A DNA stretch of 19,160 nt, taken from Armatimonadota bacterium (GTDB lineage Bacteria; Armatimonadota; UBA10988). Position numbers and translations under genes: made by a program. Position 1 is the stretch's first letter; every line of letters begins with the position of its first letter. Where the stretch lies: assembly GCA_016235455.1 (NCBI GenBank), contig JACRKZ010000143.1:1-19160 (forward strand), given 5' to 3'. The notes beneath the pieces are model-generated. The model made no database searches and had not been told where the DNA came from. It was given only the letters and a program-made list of their open reading frames with translations. This document shows positions 15,074 to 19,160 of the stretch, piece by piece.

Positions 15074-15982
15074 TCATCTCACCCCAGCCGACTTGACCAG
15101 CTCCGCCAGACCCTTCTGGCACGCCGCCAGCGACGCCGCGTCGTAGACCGCGGCCAGACGCGGCTTGCCCTCGGGTCCGTCGACGCGGGCGATGCCCCAC
15201 CACAGGCCCTCGCCCATGTCTTCGCACAGTGTGCCGCCGTCGCCAGCGGTGGCCTTGTCCGAGAGGATCTTCTTGGTGAAGGCGGTCCAGCCGCGCTCGC
15301 GCTGCTCAGGCTTGTCGTACTCGACGACCATGACCTTGGCCGGCTTGGCGTCGATCACGGCGTCGGCGAACATGCAGTCGGTCTCGGCGTCGAGGCCAAA
15401 GACGTTCTGGGTGGAGACATAGTAGATGCCGGCCAGCGACATCTCGGCATGGAAGAAGCGCAGCTTGGTCAGCGTCAGCGGCTCGACAGGCAACGCGGCG
15501 GCCAGCGGCGGGTACTTGTCGCCGGGTTTGACCCGCGCGGCCAGGTCCTTGGCGAAGGCGAGGGCGAAGGTCTTGACCTCGGGCGTGTCCACCTCGCCGG
15601 CGATGTCCAGGAAGATGGGGCCGACCCAGCCGCGGAACACGCCGCTGTTGTAGCCGGCGCTCTGCAGCACGTCGGGCGCCTCATCCTCGATGATGGTCGA
15701 CCAGATGCCGAACGCCTCGGCCGGCGTCTGCATATCGAAGATCATGACGTCGGCGCTGTGCGCGCCGATCTTGTAGGTGCAGGTGGTCACCTGGCGCAGG
15801 GAGTAGGTCAGATAGGGCTCGCCCTTGCCGTCCATGTAGTCGAAGATGGTCTCGCGGTCCCACACCCGCGGCGCCTCGACGCGCGACGCGCCAGCCACCG
15901 TCTCGGGGAACCAGCCCACCTGATCGTTGGTCGTCGCGGTCAGGCTCAGGGCCGCGGTGAACGCCAATGCCAGCCCGATCAT
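15074..15982 (-). CDS. Secreted DUF6599-like protein
   Basis: Signal peptide followed by WDRETIFDYMDGKGEPYLTY...VMIFDMQTPAEAFGIWS, a pattern I associate with DUF6599 from memory. GGGAG lies upstream of the ATG. Confidence 0.7.
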   Translation of the reverse strand: MIGLALAFTAALSLTATTNDQVGWFPETVAGASRVEAPRVWDRETIFDYMDGKGEPYLTYSLRQVTTCTYKIGAHSADVMIFDMQTPAEAFGIWSTIIEDEAPDVLQSAGYNSGVFRGWVGPIFLDIAGEVDTPEVKTFALAFAKDLAARVKPGDKYPPLAAALPVEPLTLTKLRFFHAEMSLAGIYYVSTQNVFGLDAETDCMFADAVIDAKPAKVMVVEYDKPEQRERGWTAFTKKILSDKATAGDGGTLCEDMGEGLWWGIARVDGPEGKPRLAAVYDAASLAACQKGLAELVKSAGVR

Positions 15983-16009
15983 ACTTGAGCTCCCTGAAGC
16001 GATAGACAG

Positions 16010-16078
16010 TCAACAGATGACGCAGATGAGCGCAGATGATTCGTCAGAGAATCCGCGCTCATCCGCGCAATCTGTTGA
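16010..16078. repeat. Long inverted repeat made of CGCAGAT/ATCCGCG sub-repeats (28-bp arms, 13-nt loop)
   Basis: TCAACAGATGACGCAGATGAGCGCAGAT (16010-16037) versus ATCCGCGCTCATCCGCGCAATCTGTTGA (16051-16078), with 4 mismatches. Confidence 0.85.
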
Positions 16079-16090
16079 TCGGAGTGCTGC

Positions 16091-17077
16091 CTACGTGCCG
16101 TAGGTGCGGTTGGCGATGTCGACCATCGCGTCGCCGGCCATGGTGCGCGCCTGGGCGTCGTTGGTCTTGAAGACTTCGTCGAGCACGGCAATGGCGGGCT
16201 TGTCCTTGAGGATGGCGGCCAACGCCCAGCCGGTAGCGATCTTGACGTACTTGTCGTCATGGGTCAGGCCGGGGCGGATGGCCTCGACCGCCGCGGTGCT
16301 CTTGTCGCCGGCCAGCACCAGCGCCGACAGCGCGCAGTAGCGCACGAAATCGTCGCGATGGTTGAGGTACGGCTCGAAGGTTTCCTTCTTGTCCTTGAGC
16401 AGGCCCAGGGCCAGCAGGACGTTGCCGCGGTAGAAGCCGTCGTTGACGGTCAGGCGGCCGCGCAGGAACTCGATGGTGCTGGCGGTGGTTTCCTTGCCCA
16501 TGGCATCGCCGACTTTGCCCAGCGCGCGAATCGCGCGGCAGTTGTAGTCGCCGGGTCCCTGGGAAATCCAGCCCTTGAGCTTGTCCACGCCGCGCTGGTC
16601 CTTGCGCTTGCCCAGCGTCTCCGCGGACATGACGGGCCCGCAGTAGTTGCCGTAGCTCAGCGCGTCCGCCAACTCGTCGTTGGTGGCTTCCTTGGCCGGC
16701 AGGAAGCCGACCTCCTGGGCCGAGACACGGAACTTGACCGGGTGGTTGCCCTTGGGCACCGCTGCGCCGGCAGCCACCTTGACCTGGAACGAGACGCGCT
16801 CGCCGGCCTTGAGCTGGTCAAACTGCTTGGGCTCCACGGTGCAGTTGACGCCTTCGGTGTCCACCGAGGCGGTCAGGATGAGCTTGTGCACGTACGTGTG
16901 GTAGTTGTTCTGCACGAAGACGCGGAAGGTGTCTTCCTTGTCCAGCGTGACCACCTGCTGCTCAGGCTTGACGATGATCCGGTCAGGGGTGCGGTAGATG
17001 TTGTTGCACAGGTGGGCCGAGGCTGAAACAGCCCACACAACCACCACCGCCAGGACAATCCGCTGCATCGCTCGCAT
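16091..17077 (-). CDS. Secreted protein with an N-terminal Ig-like beta-sandwich and C-terminal HEAT repeats
   Basis: Signal peptide ...WAVSASA, Ig-like stretch (FRVFVQNN...TVEP...LKAGERVSFQVKV...GNHPVKFRV), and HEAT-like helices (RAIRALGKVG, RGNVLLALG, DDFVRYCALSAL, DDKYVKIATGWAL). Start moved to ATG 17077, with GGAGG 9 nt upstream. Confidence 0.8.
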   Translation of the reverse strand: MRAMQRIVLAVVVVWAVSASAHLCNNIYRTPDRIIVKPEQQVVTLDKEDTFRVFVQNNYHTYVHKLILTASVDTEGVNCTVEPKQFDQLKAGERVSFQVKVAAGAAVPKGNHPVKFRVSAQEVGFLPAKEATNDELADALSYGNYCGPVMSAETLGKRKDQRGVDKLKGWISQGPGDYNCRAIRALGKVGDAMGKETTASTIEFLRGRLTVNDGFYRGNVLLALGLLKDKKETFEPYLNHRDDFVRYCALSALVLAGDKSTAAVEAIRPGLTHDDKYVKIATGWALAAILKDKPAIAVLDEVFKTNDAQARTMAGDAMVDIANRTYGT

Positions 17078-17220
17078 GGCCAAGGTCCTCCGGTCCGACA
17101 CTTCCCAGGGGCATCTTGGAGAGTGACGTTCAATCACCTCCAGACCTTGCTCGCGATTGTGCCACATTTGAGGCGGGAATGATAGTAGGCTTTGGGCAGG
17201 TTGGCAGTGAGGAGAGCCCG

Positions 17221-19160
17221 ATGGAGCCGTTGCGCCGCATCGCCGTCTTGGTCTTGATCGCCACGAGCGCTGGCGCCCAGCCGGTCATCTCCTGGGCCTC
17301 GGACCCCGTGCGACCCAACGAGACCGTACTGCTGCGCGGCGCGGGCTTCGGCGCGGCGCCCGCCGTCGAGTTCGCGCACCTGCCCGAGGGCGCCGCGCGG
17401 CGCCTGCCCGCGGTCCAGCCGGCCGACGATGCGCTCAAGTTCCTGGTCCCCGCCGATGCCGTGCCCGGCGTCTACCGCGTGCGCGTGTTGGCCGACGGCC
17501 AGAACTCCGCGCCCGTGCTGCTCAATGCGCCGCGCGTGTGGTGGCTGCAGGGCGATGCCGGCGCCGACTCCACGCCGGGCGGCTGGCTGCGCGTCTTCGG
17601 CACCTGCCTGGCGGTCAGACCTGAGCTCGCCTCGGTGCAGCTGACGCCGGGCAACGGTGCGCCGGTCGCGCTGAGCGTGACCCAGGCCGACGGCTGGTCG
17701 CTGCGCTGCGAGGTGCCGGCCAACCTGGCGCCCGGTCGCTACGGCGTGGTGGTGGGCAACGGCCAGGGCGGACCCGCCGCGCGAGCCACGGCCGGCCCGC
17801 TGACCGTTGGCGCGTCGGCGCCCTGGCCGGAGACCGTGTACAGCGTGCTCGACACCTACGGCCCGCAGGCCGTGCCCGACATGCGCCGCTCACTGCTCAA
17901 GTACGGTCAGCCCGTCGAGCGCACCGCGGGTGTGCTGGCCGCGCTGGCCCGCGCCAAGGCCGCCGGCGGCGGCGTGGTCTTCTTTCCCGCTGGCCGCTAT
18001 CACCTGAACCAGCCGCTGGAACTGCCGCCGCGCACCGTGCTGCGGGGCGAAGGCATGGGCCTGGTGACGCTGTGGTGGGGCGCGGGCCGGTTCAACCTCG
18101 ACGGCGGCGGCGACCAGGGCCTGGCCAAGGAGGCCGAACCCGAGCCGCCGGGCAGCTTCATCAACGGCCCGTCGTTCGGCATCGAGGACCTGAGCCTGTA
18201 CCTGCCGCTCAACCACCGCACCGGCATCGACGGCTACGGCCAGGTGCGCCTGCGTCGGGTGCGCGTGCGCGTCGACCATCTCTGGGCGCTCGACGGGAAC
18301 AAGCGGCCCGAGGGCACCGTGGCCCGGCTCGGTCGCGGGTTCGAGGTGACCGATTGCGACATCCTCGCCAAGGGTCAGGGGCTGTGGCCGGGCGAGTACG
18401 GCGTCATCGCCCGCAACCGCATCACCGCGGGCAAGGTGCCCTGCCCGCTGGGCGGCGTGCGCGCGGTCATCGTCGAGGACAACACCTTCACCAGCACCTA
18501 CCCCACCGCCTACCAGAACATCGCGGGCGTGGGCCAGGACTTCTACTACGCGCGCAACCGCCACGAAGCGGCGCAGACGCACCAGGCCGACTTCTCCTTC
18601 ACCTTCGACGCCGGCGGCTCAGCCTATCACGGCGCGCTCGCCGCGGTGGACGGCGCGCGGCTGACCTTGGCCGCCGACCCCGAGTTCCCGACCTGGGCCA
18701 AGCCCGACAGTTGGTACTGGAAGCGCGCCGTGGTCTGCGTGGTCAAGGGCCGCGGCGCGGGCCAATGGGGCCATGTGAGCTCGTTTGCCGGGCGCCAATG
18801 GACGCTCGACACGCCGCTGGCGGTGGCGCCGGACACGCAGAGCGTGGTGACCATCGTGCCCCTGTGCGGCCGCGCGCTGATCGTCGGTAATCAGTTCGCC
18901 GATGCCAACTGGATCAACTATGGGTTCGGCACGGCGCTGGACATTGTCTATGCGGGCAACAGCCTGCGGCGCTGTGCGCAGTTCCTGGGTTACGGCCTGG
19001 CCTCGCCCACGGCGCTGCTGCCCAACTTCGGCGTGCAGTGCTTCGACAACGAGTTGAGCGAGGGCCTGGGCGAGATCAACGTCAACGGCTCGGTGCGACC
19101 CGCCGGCGCCTTCGACGGCGCCATCACACAGAACATCATCCACCGCCGCGAGCGCTTCAC
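17221..19160 (+). CDS. Secreted parallel beta-helix (pectin-lyase fold) protein with two N-terminal Ig/IPT-like domains; 3' end lies outside the window
   Basis: Hand translation: MEPLRRIAVLVLIATSAGA (signal peptide), ETVLLRGAGFG, PGGWLRVFG, VPANLAPGRYGVVV, then the beta-helix cap AALARAKAAGGGVVFFPAGRY...LPPRTVLRGEG and Asn-ladder repeats (IARNRI, IVEDNTF, YYARNR, IVGNQF, YAGNSL, CFDNEL). GAGGAG lies upstream. Not in the ORF track because there is no stop. Confidence 0.87.
   Translation, partial: MEPLRRIAVLVLIATSAGAQPVISWASDPVRPNETVLLRGAGFGAAPAVEFAHLPEGAARRLPAVQPADDALKFLVPADAVPGVYRVRVLADGQNSAPVLLNAPRVWWLQGDAGADSTPGGWLRVFGTCLAVRPELASVQLTPGNGAPVALSVTQADGWSLRCEVPANLAPGRYGVVVGNGQGGPAARATAGPLTVGASAPWPETVYSVLDTYGPQAVPDMRRSLLKYGQPVERTAGVLAALARAKAAGGGVVFFPAGRYHLNQPLELPPRTVLRGEGMGLVTLWWGAGRFNLDGGGDQGLAKEAEPEPPGSFINGPSFGIEDLSLYLPLNHRTGIDGYGQVRLRRVRVRVDHLWALDGNKRPEGTVARLGRGFEVTDCDILAKGQGLWPGEYGVIARNRITAGKVPCPLGGVRAVIVEDNTFTSTYPTAYQNIAGVGQDFYYARNRHEAAQTHQADFSFTFDAGGSAYHGALAAVDGARLTLAADPEFPTWAKPDSWYWKRAVVCVVKGRGAGQWGHVSSFAGRQWTLDTPLAVAPDTQSVVTIVPLCGRALIVGNQFADANWINYGFGTALDIVYAGNSLRRCAQFLGYGLASPTALLPNFGVQCFDNELSEGLGEINVNGSVRPAGAFDGAITQNIIHRRERF

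Noticed and set aside
14930-15988. 352-aa plus-strand ORF overlapping the HD-Hsp90 stop (GTGA) as a second defence gene
   Set aside because: It is almost entirely antisense to the DUF6599-like gene, crosses the hairpin region and has shadow-ORF composition.

Overview
High-GC bacterial DNA that is mostly about carbohydrate use. Left to right: (1) a 3'-truncated minus-strand secreted TIM-barrel glycoside-hydrolase-like gene with a CBM4/9-like tail, missing from the ORF track; (2) a tightly coupled minus-strand operon of a UROD/MtaA-like protein, an FGGY kinase and an FAD-dependent GlpD-like polyol-phosphate dehydrogenase; (3) a ~410 bp structured intergenic region; (4) an uncharacterised cytoplasmic enzyme divergent from a GH106 alpha-L-rhamnosidase; (5) a stand-alone 975-aa HD-phosphohydrolase + Hsp90/GHKL ATPase fusion with its own near-consensus promoter and a 3' half of different codon usage, the best candidate for a conflict/anti-phage system; (6) two secreted minus-strand genes (DUF6599-like and Ig-like + HEAT) separated by a long inverted repeat; (7) a 3'-truncated secreted beta-helix (pectin-lyase-fold) gene, also missing from the ORF track. 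I saw no rRNA, tRNA, CRISPR array, transposase or integrase. All family calls come from motif recognition by eye; no searches were run.
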